Source: the human T2T-CHM13v2.0 reference genome, Homo sapiens. Taken from it: a DNA stretch of 64,000 nucleotides. Both the position numbers and the translations under genes were made by a program. A model generated the notes under the pieces. The model was not told the DNA's origin, did no database searches, and worked only from the letters and a program-made list of their open reading frames with translations. Positions 12,208-27,517 of the stretch are shown here, piece by piece (position 1 is the stretch's first letter; each line of letters starts with the position of its first letter). The stretch is from assembly GCF_009914755.1 (NCBI RefSeq), contig NC_060938.1. One strand, 5' to 3'.

Positions 12208-13419
12208 GTATAGACAAGTTCAAGTGGCCATATGTCACTTGAACTAGGCTTGCTTGAGTAGCATTTCTTGGGGAATACTCAGGTGGCAGGAGCAATAGCA
12301 GGGGCTGTGGGGCACTACACAGCAGCCTAGTAGAGCTTAACTCTCAGGTCTGGGAAAAGACTCAGATCTTTGGGCTGTGATGCTTTTATGTTGCGGGATT
12401 AGGGAAACATCAACTTCATCCCAGGATGCGGGGCAGGTGGGCATTAAATGCCAGGATTCAACAGCAAGGTGATATGGAGAACCATTGTTAGAGCTTTAAG
12501 CTGATAGTTTGGTGTTCTTGTTTGGGAATAATGTCAGCCCCTTTCTTGGGAATTAGGTAGGAGGGATATCAGCCTCACACTTAGAGCTGCACATTGTGGT
12601 AAGTTAGCAAAAAATTCACCCCATCCACCTTCATGGCTGTGGAAGCATTGGCCTCTCAGATGGCATGATGGGGTGAGGAAATAGGGACCAAGCTTTGAGA
12701 CTGACAGGTATTGATTGCCCTAAACAAAGACTGTATAGCCAATTTCCATGGGGCCTTGCAGAAGTCCACGTCTCTCTTCAGAAAGCCAGAATATAGGGGA
12801 ATTTAACTTGGACAAATTAATCCTTATTTCTCACAACGGTTAGCAAGAGTATGGAGGCCATGCTAGTCCCATACAACACAAACAGGGGTTTTAAATTTTA
12901 CAGATGTTTTGGGAGTGAAGAGAACTACTCCCTAGTCTCAGACAATATTCCAAGGAGATTGCAGACTCCAAAGAGGAATAACTACAATTTTCCTACTCTC
13001 CAGACATCTCCAGAGGTCACGTTTAAAGTATGATTTTAAAAAGCTGTAGAGTTACGTTGGCCTGATGGACTGTGTGGCTTGCACAATGGACATTTCAGTA
13101 AAAACTAGTGGAGACAGATAACCAATGTCCACAGGATCACCAGAATACCTTCCAACTTGTTTATAATATTAGATCCCTGGTGCAACCTTGGAGTGGAAGA
13201 GATTCAAGAACAACAGATAATGTTGCCCAATAGCCCAATGGGAAGGGGAACTGAGCTGAGTCTGAAAAAAATCAAGAACTGCTTTATTTCTTATACAAAA
13301 AATACAAGTTAAATTCCAAGAAAATGTTATTTTACTTTATCTTTTGACACTTTATGTCCCATTCTGGAGGAATGAATATAATTTTATGATTTGCTAATGT
13401 GTCATACTGGCCATGAGCA

Positions 13420-13595
13420 TTCAAAGTGAAACCAACCAGGTTTCAAATTACTCTACAATTGAGTGACTGAGATATGATTTTTAATCTTTTAAGACTTCAT
13501 TTCTACAAGTATAAAATAGAGATTATCTATTAGTTTAATTAATCATTAAGATTAGTGAGACAATGTTTTATAAAGCTTTTGGCACAGTGCTCCTA
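13420..13595 (+). mobile_element. MIR SINE remnant
   Basis: Core-like ttcatttctacaagtataaaatagagat... and 3' aaagcttttggcacagtgc. Confidence 0.5.
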
Positions 13596-15524
13596 ATCAG
13601 TGGGACTTTAAGAGTACTTTAAGGGCAATATTCCTATTATGGAAGACTGAGAAAACAGAAGAAAGGGGGAAAGAACAGCAAAAACTCGATTACTCCAGCA
13701 TAGTGCAATCTTTTGGACAATTTACTTTTACAGTGGAATTTTTACTTTTGGGGATTGTTTTGTTGTAGTTGTGCCTGTTTTCGTGAGGGTAGAGACTATG
13801 AACCTCAGCACTTAATCAGTGAAAAAAAATATTGCGTGAATGAGTCAGTCAATACATTGGAGCTAATCTGCGGGGTTTTTTTTCCCCACTTTTTCATTTT
13901 ATAATAAAATGCTAGAAATTTTCAAATAGACACGAATGTTCTTTAAAAAAGATTTTTTATGTAATTTTCAACCAATCAAGATTTTCATTTTAAGTTGTCT
14001 ACACTATTACTTCAAAATATCCCAAAAGTGTGATTAGGCAGCCTCAAATATGTGAAGATTATTTCTCAACTCATTTTAAAGCACTCAAACTTCAAGTATT
14101 TCATTATTACTCCTAATATGTGTAAATAAAGTAAATTTTTACATGAATTTTACTGAGAATCAAATTGCTTTCTACATATGAAAAGTCAATTTCTCCTTTC
14201 TGTCTCTTTAAAAATAATATGGCAATATACATGTGGAATTGCTAGCTTACTTAAGATTCTTCAAATCGATGTTTTTTTCTCCAAGAATTTTCTAATAGTC
14301 TCTCAAATCCCTAAAATTATTTCTTTAGCAAGAGGCAAATCATTGATTTCCATTATGTTTTTGTACTTGCCTAGGTAGAGTTTATTTCCTTCTTGTTGTT
14401 AGTAAGAGAATGACTCAAAAGCAGCTCATGTCACTTATCTCCTGGCTCAGTATTCATTTGCAATTTCTGTGATGTGGACAAGAGAATGCTGACTAATTTA
14501 AAAACATAGAATATATATAAACTGAATCTAGGGGAATTAGGGCAATCTCTAGAAGACATGCTGGGCCTCTGATGGGAATATCTGCAGCTGTTGACGCATC
14601 TCTTGCTACTCTTTTTCTTCTCCTCTCACACATACCCTGACTACATCTTTCCACAGCAACCAGTCAGGCTTTCTTCTCCTTCCTCTGGATTAATAATTAC
14701 TTTGCACCCCCGTGAGATTCACTTTTCCCCAGATTCTTAAAGTAAGTCTCAATAATAACATAGACAAAATTGACATGCATAAATATCATTGATCCATGAA
14801 TTATTCACTTTCCTTCTTCACTTATTAATGTGTCTGGTTATTTTACCTGCAATTAGCTGCTGCGACAAAAGATTCTTGGGGCAAGAAAATACAAATTAAA
14901 TTGTGGTTTTAGTTTTCATCATTGAATTTTGATTGAATAAAAACCCAAAGTTTTATATACTTAGAGAAAGCACTCTTAGAATTTCCTTCTGCAGAATATA
15001 TCCGAGTAACACTTGAAATTAACCGGCTCATATCAGAAATATTGGAAAACAAAAAGTATATAAAAAGACAGTTTTATCTCTATAGTAGAAGCTGTTTCTT
15101 TATAATAAATAACTTGAAAAAAATTTAAAAACTAAAAGTTAATGAACTAATCTTTTGAATCGTCTTCATTTAAGACATGGAATTAAGCAAACTTCCTTCA
15201 ATATTCCTTCAAGCCGATTGCCCTTCATCATCTTTATTAATATCATTTGAATGTTTAGTTTCATTTAATATTAAAATATTATTTTGAACATTTAGTACTT
15301 TTTCTTAAAAATCACTTTGACATTTGTGTTGTGGATTGTAATTACAATAATTTTTTGTATCACTGCCTGTTTCACTGAATGCATACAATGCTAATCAAAA
15401 GTCATGTTGACACTGGGCTGCTTCATTCTTCAATTCTTAATTCTGATTCCTTTCTCAGTTTTTATGTATTTCTTTTAAAGGTAACTTTTTTTCAGGAAGA
15501 TTATTTGAATTAATAGACTTTCAA

Positions 15525-18500
15525 ATACTTTTTAAAATTGATATTAATGATCGTATTTATTTATGGGGTAGAGTGTGATGTTTCAAAACATGTTTACATT
15601 GTATAATAACCAAATCAGGGTATTTAGCATATTTATCAACTCATACATTTATCATTTCTTTGTGGTGAGAACAAGTTATTCTGAAATATATAATATTGTT
15701 AACCATAGCCACCCTATTATGCAATATAAAACATGAGAACTTATTTCTCCTGTCTAACTGTAACTTTGTTCCAGAAATTATTCCTCTCCTCTAACTGCAA
15801 CTTGTCTCCATTGGCCAATCATTCTCTACTCCCCTAACTCTGGTAACTACTATTCTACTCTGCACTTCTGAGATCACCTTGCTTAGATTCCACATATGAG
15901 TAAGATTATGTAGTATTTGTCTTTCTGTTCTGGCTTATTTCACTTAACATAATGTCCTTCAAGTACATCCATGTCACCACAAATTCCAAGATTTCATTCT
16001 TTTTATGGCAGAATAGCACTCCATTGTATATAAATACCCATATTTTCTTTATCCATTAATAGACACCGAGGTTGATTCTATATCTTGGCAATTGTGAATA
16101 GTTTTGTAATAAACATGGAGTGCAAATATCTCTTCAACATACTAATACTATTTCCTTTGAACATATATCCAATAATGCAGTTGCTGGATTATATGGTAAT
16201 TCTATTTTTAATTTTTTGAGAAACTGTCATACTGTTTCCTATAATGGCAGTACTAATTCACATTCACATCAAGAGTGTATGGGTTCCCTTTATTCTATAT
16301 CCACATCAGCATTTGTTATATTTTGTCTTTTTAATAACAACTATTCTAATTAGTTGAAGTGATATCCCACTGTGGTTTTGAATTGCATTTCCATGATGGT
16401 TAGTGATATTGAGCATTTTTTCATAAACCTATGGATGATTTGTGTATCTTCTTTTGAGAAATGTGTATTTGAGCTTTTTGTCCATTTTAAAATCAGATTT
16501 CCTTTTTTGAGTTGCTTGAGTTCCTTATATATTCTGACTATTAGTCCCTTGTCGTATACATAGTATTTGACACATTATGTAGGTTGTCATACATGGCTTT
16601 TATTGTTTTGACGTATGTTCCTTCTATACCTAGTTTATTGAGGTTTTTATCATGAAGTGATGTTGAATTTTATCAAGCGCTTTTTCTGGATCGATTGGAA
16701 TGATCATGTGATTTCTGTCCTTGATTCTCTTAATGTGCTGTCACATTTATTGATTTGAATATATTGAACCAATCTTGCATGCCTGAATGAATCCTTCTTG
16801 ATCATGGTAAATGATCTTTTTACTATGCTGTTGAATTTAGTCTACAAATATTTTGTTGAAGATTTCTGTGTCAATTGTTCATCAGTGATATTGGCCTGCA
16901 GTTTTCTTTTTCTGTTGTGTCCTTGTCTGGCTTTGGTATCAGTGTAATGCTGGCCATGTAGAAAGAGTTAGGAAGAATTCTCTCAGCTTCGATTTCTTGG
17001 AATAGTGGGGAAGAATTGGTATTAGTCCTTTTCTAAATGGTAGAATTCAGCAGGGAAGCCATTCAGTCCTCAGCTTTTCTTTGATAGGTGACTTTTTATT
17101 ATTGATCCAATCTCATTAGTGGTTATTGATCTGCTTAGGTTTTCTATATCTTCATGATTCAATTTTGATAAGTTCTATGTTTCCAGGAATTTATCCATTT
17201 CTTCAAGTTTTTCCTATTTATTGGCATGTAGGTGTTCATAATAGTCCCTTATGATTCTTTTATTTCTATGCGGACAATTTGTAGTATCTTTTTTTGTCTC
17301 TGATTTTATTTATTTGGATCTTTTCTTTTTTTCTTAGTCTAGCTAAAGGTTTGCCAATTTTATTTAGTATTTTTATTCATTTTAATTATTTTTTGTATTT
17401 TTTAAGTCTATTCCATTTACTTGTGTTCTGATTTTTATTATTTCTTTCCTTCTACTAATTTGGGGTTCTCCTTATTTTTCTAGTTCCTTGAGGTGCAATG
17501 TTAAGTTGTTTATTTGAGATCTTTCTTCTTTTTTATGTAGTTGTTTATTACTATAAACTTCCCTCTTAGAACTTCTTTTGCTGTACCTCATAGGTTTTGG
17601 TATATTGTGTTTTAGTTTTCATTTGTGTTAAGAAATTTTTAAATTCCCCTTTTGATTTTTTTTCATTGATCCATTGGTAGTTCAGGAGCATGTTGTTTAA
17701 TTTCCATGTATTTTTAGTCTCCAATATTCCTTCTGTTACTGATTTCTGGTTTTATACCATTGTGTTCAGAAAAGATACTTGGTATGGTTTCAGTCTTTAC
17801 ATTTGTTAAGACTTATTTTGAGGACTAAAATATGATGTATCCAGGAGAATGTTCCATGTGAAATTGAGAAGAATGAGTATTCTGTAGCTGTTGGATAGAA
17901 TGCTCTGTATATGTCTGTTAGGCACATTCAATGTAGGGTGCAGTTTTAAACCACTGTTTCTTTGTTGAGTTTCTAACTGAATGATCTGTCCATTGCTGAA
18001 AGTGAGATGTTAATATTCCCTCCTATCGTTGTATTGAAGTCTATCTCTCCTTTTAGATCTATTAATATTTGCTTTATATATTTAGGTGCTCCAATGTTGG
18101 AAGCATATATTTAGAATAGTTATATCCTCTTAATTGATCTCTTTATCATTAAATTATTAAGTTATAATGATATTATTTGTCTCTTCAGTTTTTGACATAA
18201 AGTCTATTTTATTCAGCATAGCCACTCTCGCTCTCTTTTGGTTTCCATTTGCTTGGAATATCTTTTTACACCCCTTCACTTTCTGTCTGTGTCCTTACAG
18301 GTGTCCTATAAGTAAGACTCTTGTAGGCAGCATATAGCTGTGCTTGTTTTTTATTGTTTGTTTGCTTTTATCAATTTAGCCACTCTATGTTTCTTAAGTA
18401 GAGAATGTAATGCATGTATATTTATATATAGTTATTGATAGGTAAGAATTTACTACTGTCATTTTGTTAATTATTTTCTAGTTGCTTCTAGATCCTTTCT

Positions 18501-18625
18501 TCATTTTTTCATCTTTTACTATCTTCCTTTATGGTTAAATGATTTTCTCTAATAGAATTTTTGATTCCTTGGATTTTATTTTTAATGGATCTATTATAAG
18601 ATTTGCTTTGCAGTTACCATGAAGT
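15525..18625 (-). mobile_element. L1MA-type LINE-1 (3'UTR to the start of ORF2) with an internal deletion at ~16590
   Basis: T-rich reverse-complement L1 3'UTR, then ORF2 and endonuclease-domain sequence (ttaggtgctccaatgttgg; tttccatttgcttggaatatc). Confidence 0.85.
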
Positions 18626-18649
18626 TTCTGCTGCATTTGATCTCCTGGT

Positions 18650-19006
18650 TGTATGGACTGAATATCTGTGTCCCCTTAAAATGCTAAAATCCTAACCCAC
18701 AAGGTGACAATATTCAGAGGTAGGGGACTTTGGGAGTTGATTAGGTCATGAGGGAAGAGTCCTTATAAATGGGATTAGTATCCTTGTAAAAGAGGAGTGA
18801 GAGAGCTCCTAGCCCTTTCCACCATGAGATAACAGTGAAAAGGTGATCATCTATGAACCAGAAAGCTGACTCTTACCAGACACTGACTCTGTTGACACCT
18901 TGATCTTGGACTTCCCACTCTCCAGAACTGTGGGAAATAAATTTCTATTGTTTATAAAACAACCAGTCTAGGGTAGTTTGTCTTAGCAGTCCAAATGGGC
19001 AAGGCA
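18650..19006 (+). mobile_element. MLT1A-like solo LTR
   Basis: tgtatggactgaatatctgtgtcccc start and gatcttggacttccc...ccagaactgtgggaaataaatttctattgttta MaLR 3' motif. Confidence 0.8.
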
Positions 19007-19957
19007 TTTGGCAAATAAATAGATTGTATCATATTTCTAATTAATATTTTCAGGAAGCCCTATCCAGTAATCTAGGCAATAGAGCCAGTATAGACAGTTC
19101 AGTCACATATTTTAGGCCCCAGAGTAGATTCCAGAAGGCCCAATTATTCAGTTAGTATGTCTATACTAAATAAATTACTTAAGCGCTACTCTCCTCTTTG
19201 CAAGCACAATCATGGACAAAGACATATAAAAATAATCTTTTAAATACAGATGAAGCAGTAACATCACTGAAAAGTTTATTTTTGCCCAATCACTTGAGTA
19301 AATTTCCAGGAGGAGATATGCATGATTATGATGCCATCTTGGATTCACAAATTGCTGTTTTTATGAAGAACTCAATGATAATTAATAGTGCAGATGACAT
19401 AAAGATTGAAATAAAATCAGCTCATATGAGCTATAATTGTAAATTATGTTGAGATTGCAAGTTCTAATCTTTTAGACAACAAAGCTAAAGTTTTCCTTTT
19501 GTGCAATCTAAATAATTACTCTATATTAAAACACTTTATTACTTTATCTATTTTGTTAGGACTCACGTGAGAGTTATTATATGCTCTCATAAGAAAATGT
19601 ATGAGAAAATAAAAAGAAAGGAAGAATGAAGGTCAAAGTCTATCTAAAAAGAGGGACTGAGAAGGTAATATTTTACTAGCATAAGGTTCCAATGCTCAAG
19701 TAAAGCTGGTATTTGAAGCCAACCAAGAAAACAGTCAGAAAATGATGTAGTTTGAATACCTCTTTTCTTCCCTAGAGGTGTAAAAGGATGCCATGTGGGA
19801 TCCTTTCACTTTGGAGGCACTCCAGAGAAATATCTCACCAAGGTTTCATAACAGATAGGGGGCCAAATGCATCCTGGATAATATTCTTGTGGTGTGTGAA
19901 GACGGTGTTAAAGAGCCAGAAAAGTCATTTTCAGGTTTCTTAAGCCAGATAAGGAAA

Positions 19958-19987
19958 ACACACACACACACATACACACACATACAC
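19958..19987. repeat. Interrupted (CA)n microsatellite
   Basis: Directly visible. Confidence 0.9.
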
Positions 19988-20843
19988 GTTGAACCTGACA
20001 GGATTCCAGATGAGTTTTAATATTTTAGAATATCCAACCTGTACCTACATCATTCCAGTTCCTCACAGAGATGAGGCTGTGTTGGTGTTAGCCTCTCATG
20101 ACCCATGAGAAACACCACCAGCCAGAAATAGAACTGAGAAGGGGCTGGAAATGCATAGGTTGAGGTTCTGGAACCAAAATGGTGTATTAGAACTCATGAG
20201 AAACTTTTGTAGGATTTTTAAGACGTGTAAGGTAAAGATTTTAGAAAAGTTCCCACTGAGAAATAGAGGGCACCTAACAAAGGTTTATTAGTATTGGCCA
20301 CCAATATATTCTTCTATTGCAGCCCTTAGGCAGTTGTTTAAAATGAAGGGGGAAATAAACTGAGGAGAAGAAAAGGAGCAAATCCTTTGGAAAGCACAAA
20401 AGTCTCCAAACAGTTCCAATCTTAGAGTGTTAAGATGTTAAAAAATGAGACACATTATCAGGAGATGAAAGTTCAAAGAGGACTCAGCTTTGTGTTGGAT
20501 AAACAGGAACATATGCCCAGCCTCAGAAATATTTCAAATGTGTTGTGAAACTTCACTCAGTTAGGAGAGAAATGTTAGAGTTCAACTGTGAAAAATTCAG
20601 TTGCATATTTGAAAAAAGCAGGTGCTGGGAAAGACCACAAACTTTCTAAGCATGTCAGCACTATACACCACAATAGTAAACAGAATAAAAATGTTATTAA
20701 GGCTTAAAAAGGTTTTCTGAGCAATGGATCAGATGAGTCTAAGTAACATTTATTTATCATTGTGTAAATGTATTCCTCTAAGAGAAAAATAAAAGTTAAA
20801 AGAAAGAAATTGAGACACTGGAAATATTTCATTGTCGATTTTT

Positions 20844-22624
<1,781 letters not shown>

Positions 22625-23586
22625 TAAAATCAAGGGAAATTTGAGTAGAAATCACCACATATCAGGAATAAGTGATGTCTGCTGAGGGAGGTTAATTTGT
22701 TCATCAGAACAGCCCTATTCAATACATTTTGTTGATTTATGAGTTGTGATGGTCTAGGAGAGTATGCATAGCTGATCAGAAATCTTTTCTTAATCCTGTT
22801 ACTAAAGGAATTTTAATATATTTACTCCGTGCTTCTTCTAAGTGGCTTATATTTCTGTTTCTTTTATGTCCACTCTACTGTCCACTCATTTAATGAGTAC
22901 AGTATGCCATGAATAGTGAAAGGGAGTCAAGAAATTTCGATTGATTACCTAAGCAAAAAATCGGTACCTAAAACAAAGGGAAAGTCAAGCAGTTCCAACC
23001 CTGTTGGAGAGCAGATCTGGCTCTGATTCAAATGCATGGGCCGTTTCACCAGCTTCCTCAAGTCGCAGTGCTCTCCTCCTCTATCCCAGCCACACAAGGG
23101 CATCCCATTGCTGGGGCCACTGCACAAACACTTACCCTGATGACTTCCCCTAGGCCCCAACCATAATATCTTAAACTGTGGGCCTTTACTGTTAAACCTT
23201 ACAATTTACAAGTTGTCTTGGAGAATATCCACATAGAAGCTGATGAGGATTACCATGATCTGAGTACTGCTCTCTATAATTATTAATTGTGCCTTGTCCC
23301 TTATCTGGAAGCCATGAAGTGCTTTCTCCTAATCTGGAAAGTTAATCCATGTTACTATGCCACTGGAATAAGGGGTTAACCTCCCCAATTAACATTTGCA
23401 TTTCATTGTGAAAGAACCTAGACAGAAGAAAAAGTAGGCTAACAGGTTAGCAGAGTTGAGGGAAGCATTTCAGAATGGAGTCACTCTTCTTTTGAAACCC
23501 ACATTGCCTACTCAACAACACCTTCTCCCCATTGCAGACTTCCTGTAAACTCCGGTTCTCATTAAATATTTTGGAGGAAACATTTA

Positions 23587-24320
<734 letters not shown>

Positions 24321-24329
24321 CTATTTTCT

Positions 24330-24940
24330 TTTTCAAAAGAGCATTTCAGATAAATTTGAAACAACATTTGTTACAACTTCTCATCCTTTCTCCCTCTCAC
24401 CTTCACTCTCCAGAGATAATCATTATTTGATTTGTATCTTTCTAGGTCATTAAATACATGCATCTATTTAGAAATAATATATGGTATTGCTTTGTGTGTT
24501 CTTTTAATTTTTCCTAAGTACCTTCATGTTGTACATATTCTTCAGCTTGCTTTTTATCACTCAACATTGTATACTAGATTGTCCTATAAATAAACAGGTA
24601 ATTAGTTTGGTCACTTTAACTGCTATGTCGAATTTTTTATGACTGATGACACCATAGTCTACTTCTTAATTCCTCTAATAGATATTTCCAAATTTTCACG
24701 ATTTCATACAATACTATATGAATATCCTACACACATCTTTGCACATGTGCCATAACTCTCTTAGGGTGCTTATACCTCCAGGTAGAATTGCTGGGTTGTA
24801 GGGTCTGAGTACTTTCATTCTTACTATACAGTATCAATTGTTTCTCTAAAAGGAATTGCATGAATTTACATTGCCACCAGCAATGTCTGATAGTTCCTCC
24901 TTTGTTATACACTCACCAACACTTTATATTATCAGTCTGG
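24330..24940 (-). mobile_element. Ancient L1ME-type fragment
   Basis: gtagaattgctgggttgtaggg...aatttacattgccaccagcaatgt reverse L1 3' motifs. Confidence 0.55.
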
Positions 24941-24959
24941 TATCACTGTTGAACCTACA

Positions 24960-25050
24960 TAAAAAGGAGGAAACTGAGGGACCTAAAGGACCCCTAGCTT
25001 GATCAAAGCTACATACTTAACACATAGCAGAGCCAGGATTTACACCCTTG
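24960..25050 (-). mobile_element. MIR remnant
   Basis: gaggaaactgagg...gcagagccaggatttacaccc. Confidence 0.55.
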
Positions 25051-25999
25051 ACAACCCACACTCTACAACACTTCACTCTACTAGCTCCCAATAATTTCTT
25101 CCTTGTAAGTAAATTACAAAATGAATGTAAACACTTAGCCTATTACCTAGTATAGACAAACTCTATAAATGTTATTTTTATTTCCCATAAAGACTATTCT
25201 AAACTTTTCAACTTTACTCCAACCTTGAATATGCTCCCACAGATGAACTTGTATCACTGTGCTCCAATATCTTCTGTAGGACAGTAGAACCATAGAATCT
25301 ATGGATTGTCTATTCAATTTCATGTAATGAAAATCTCATTACCTACAGGCCTCCAACTTTGTCTTCACCTTCTCCTACTCCTCCTCATCCTCCTTATCCT
25401 CATCCTTCAAAACTCTCTCAGGAAACCTCACATGACCAAAACTTTGCAAACAGGTTAGGAACCTGAAAGTGATGCACTTTTAAATTTCTTCTTCTGACCT
25501 ACATGTAAAGTATTCAGTATAATGCCTGGAATATAGCATGTGTCCAGTAAATGCCAACTTTTCTTATTTGGATTCTGTGGTATCAGTGTGCCACAAGATA
25601 ATCATTTCCACTTGGCAGGCTGACTTGAATTTCTGCTGCAGCATGAGTGGAATGTGGGTGTAAGACACAATGAGATATTAAAAGAAAAAAAATTCACCTT
25701 CCTCTTTTCTTCCAACAGAGGAAGCATTTCACTTTCTTTCCCAAGGTAACTCCTCTACTTGTGTCCATTATCTTATTCACTTTTGCCTCTTCCAGGACGT
25801 TTCCCCCTCTTTCAAGTCTTCAATCTTTCATCCTCTTTTATTCTCTATAATTTTATTTTATTAACTTTAAGATACCAACAATTGTAAAGAATAAAAAAAA
25901 AGTCATCAAACCAGGATAGAATATGTTATCCCTCAGATAGTGACACAGATTTTCATCATATGTCATGGTTGAGCCTACATGAAAAGAGAAAACAAAACT

Positions 26000-26281
26000 T
26001 TGCATATACATAGGACTACTGATGCTGCTTTTGCACACAGTTTTGTCCTCTGTGTTATCAAAAGTGTTGGCGACACACTATTTCTTAAGAGTGCTCCTCT
26101 GTTGTTTCCCAGACTTTCTTTCAAATGCTTCACCCACCCTCTAAGCTTTGACATGCATGTGTTGACAGTGACTAAAAGTCATGACTGCTGCCTAGCTCAA
26201 CAGCAACAGTAAAATGCATCCTGATTTCAGAAATATTAAAATGTGGACAAAAATATACCACAGAAACAATAAAATGTAGTA
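26000..26281. mobile_element. Possible old Tigger-family DNA transposon end
   Basis: atgcatcctgatttcagaaatattaaaatgtg...aaaatgtagta resembles a remembered Tigger terminus. The left boundary is uncertain. Confidence 0.3.
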
Positions 26282-26759
26282 GAGCCTTCTCCTCAGCTTG
26301 TAAACATGATGAAGTCACCCCATAAAATTAATGAGAAAATTGAATATTGGAGGTAGAAACACAGTGAGGAAAAGGAGATGAGACCAAAAACTTCTCTTTC
26401 TATCTCTTTGAACCAATAAAGTGCTTGTTAATTAGTAACATTTATTTTAGATGCATTTATTAAAGATTCTGGTCCAATATATTTACTTTGTTCATTGTGT
26501 TCAACATCATTTTTCTGTACATCATACGCTTTTTGAAAATTTAACTAGAGAAGTTTTTTTCATAAGATTATGTTTTTTATGGTTTATGAAAGGTTAGGTT
26601 ATAAATATTTCAATACACTTAATTCAGATAGTTGACTCACAGACCTCTGGGTTACAGTATATTATAGATCCCCCAAAATGCTGAATCCATCTACATCTAA
26701 CCCATTTTAAAAAATTCTAATAATACTGTTTGGAAAAAAATGCTAATGATTTCCATATA

Positions 26760-27030
26760 TTATTTTGATGTATTTTTATTGTATATATTTAAGGTGTATA
26801 ACATGATGTTTACATATATATACACATGGTGAAATGATTACCACAGTCAAGAAAATTAATATATCCATCACCTCACTTAGTTACTTTCTAAATTTTGTAG
26901 TCAAAGCACCTAAAATCTACTCTCTTAGCAAATTTCTAGTATAAAATACAGTATTAACTATAGTCCTCAAGCTGTGTATTAGCTCTCTAGACTTATTCAT
27001 CCTACATTACTACAACTTTATACCCTCTGA
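26760..27030 (-). mobile_element. L1MA9/10-like 3' end
   Basis: ttgtatatatttaaggtgtataacatgatg...aaaatctactctcttagcaaatttc. Confidence 0.7.
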
Positions 27031-27517
27031 ATTGGCAAAATTTTATATTCTCGTAAAGAAATCCTGGCAAAACTTCCAAGATTATAAAATAGCTGCTTCA
27101 AAACATTAAGAAATAAAATTTGTTTTTTAGCTATAAGTAGATGAATTATTTTATACATACTTTTAAAAGTGATATTTTATCATAATAATTTATAGGAAAA
27201 TGACTTAATTATCTCATATTATACAAATTGTTATATTTACCTACTTGAAATCCTAAGTAGTCCTGAGTTATTTCTTCCTGAACAATGGAACGTTTTGAAG
27301 CACAGATCAAAGAATCAAAGAGATAAAAATTAAAACAGTAAAGTTCCTTTTATTCCTTATGCCCATCTTGCTCTCAAGAGTACAAAATGAATAACATTAT
27401 TGGTAAAGAAATGAAAAATAAATACATGCATTATAGCTGAGACATTTTAAATCTGGACATTCATTTTGAAGGGTATTTTGACATTATGTATAAAAACATT
27501 AATTTGTGTAAATGCCT

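Noticed and set aside
15735-15805. ~40-bp imperfect tandem repeat in the L1MA 3'UTR
   Set aside because: An old, degenerate local duplication with no further structure.
19198-19452. 84-aa ORF containing IINSADDIKI
   Set aside because: The motif weakly resembles CR1/L2-type RT (FADD), so it is at best an ancient LINE remnant. Too diverged to call.
25719-25745. 27-nt plus-strand microexon-like segment (CAG|...AAG|GTAACT)
   Set aside because: It lies in a pyrimidine-rich stretch where such signals arise by chance, and no partner exons are evident.
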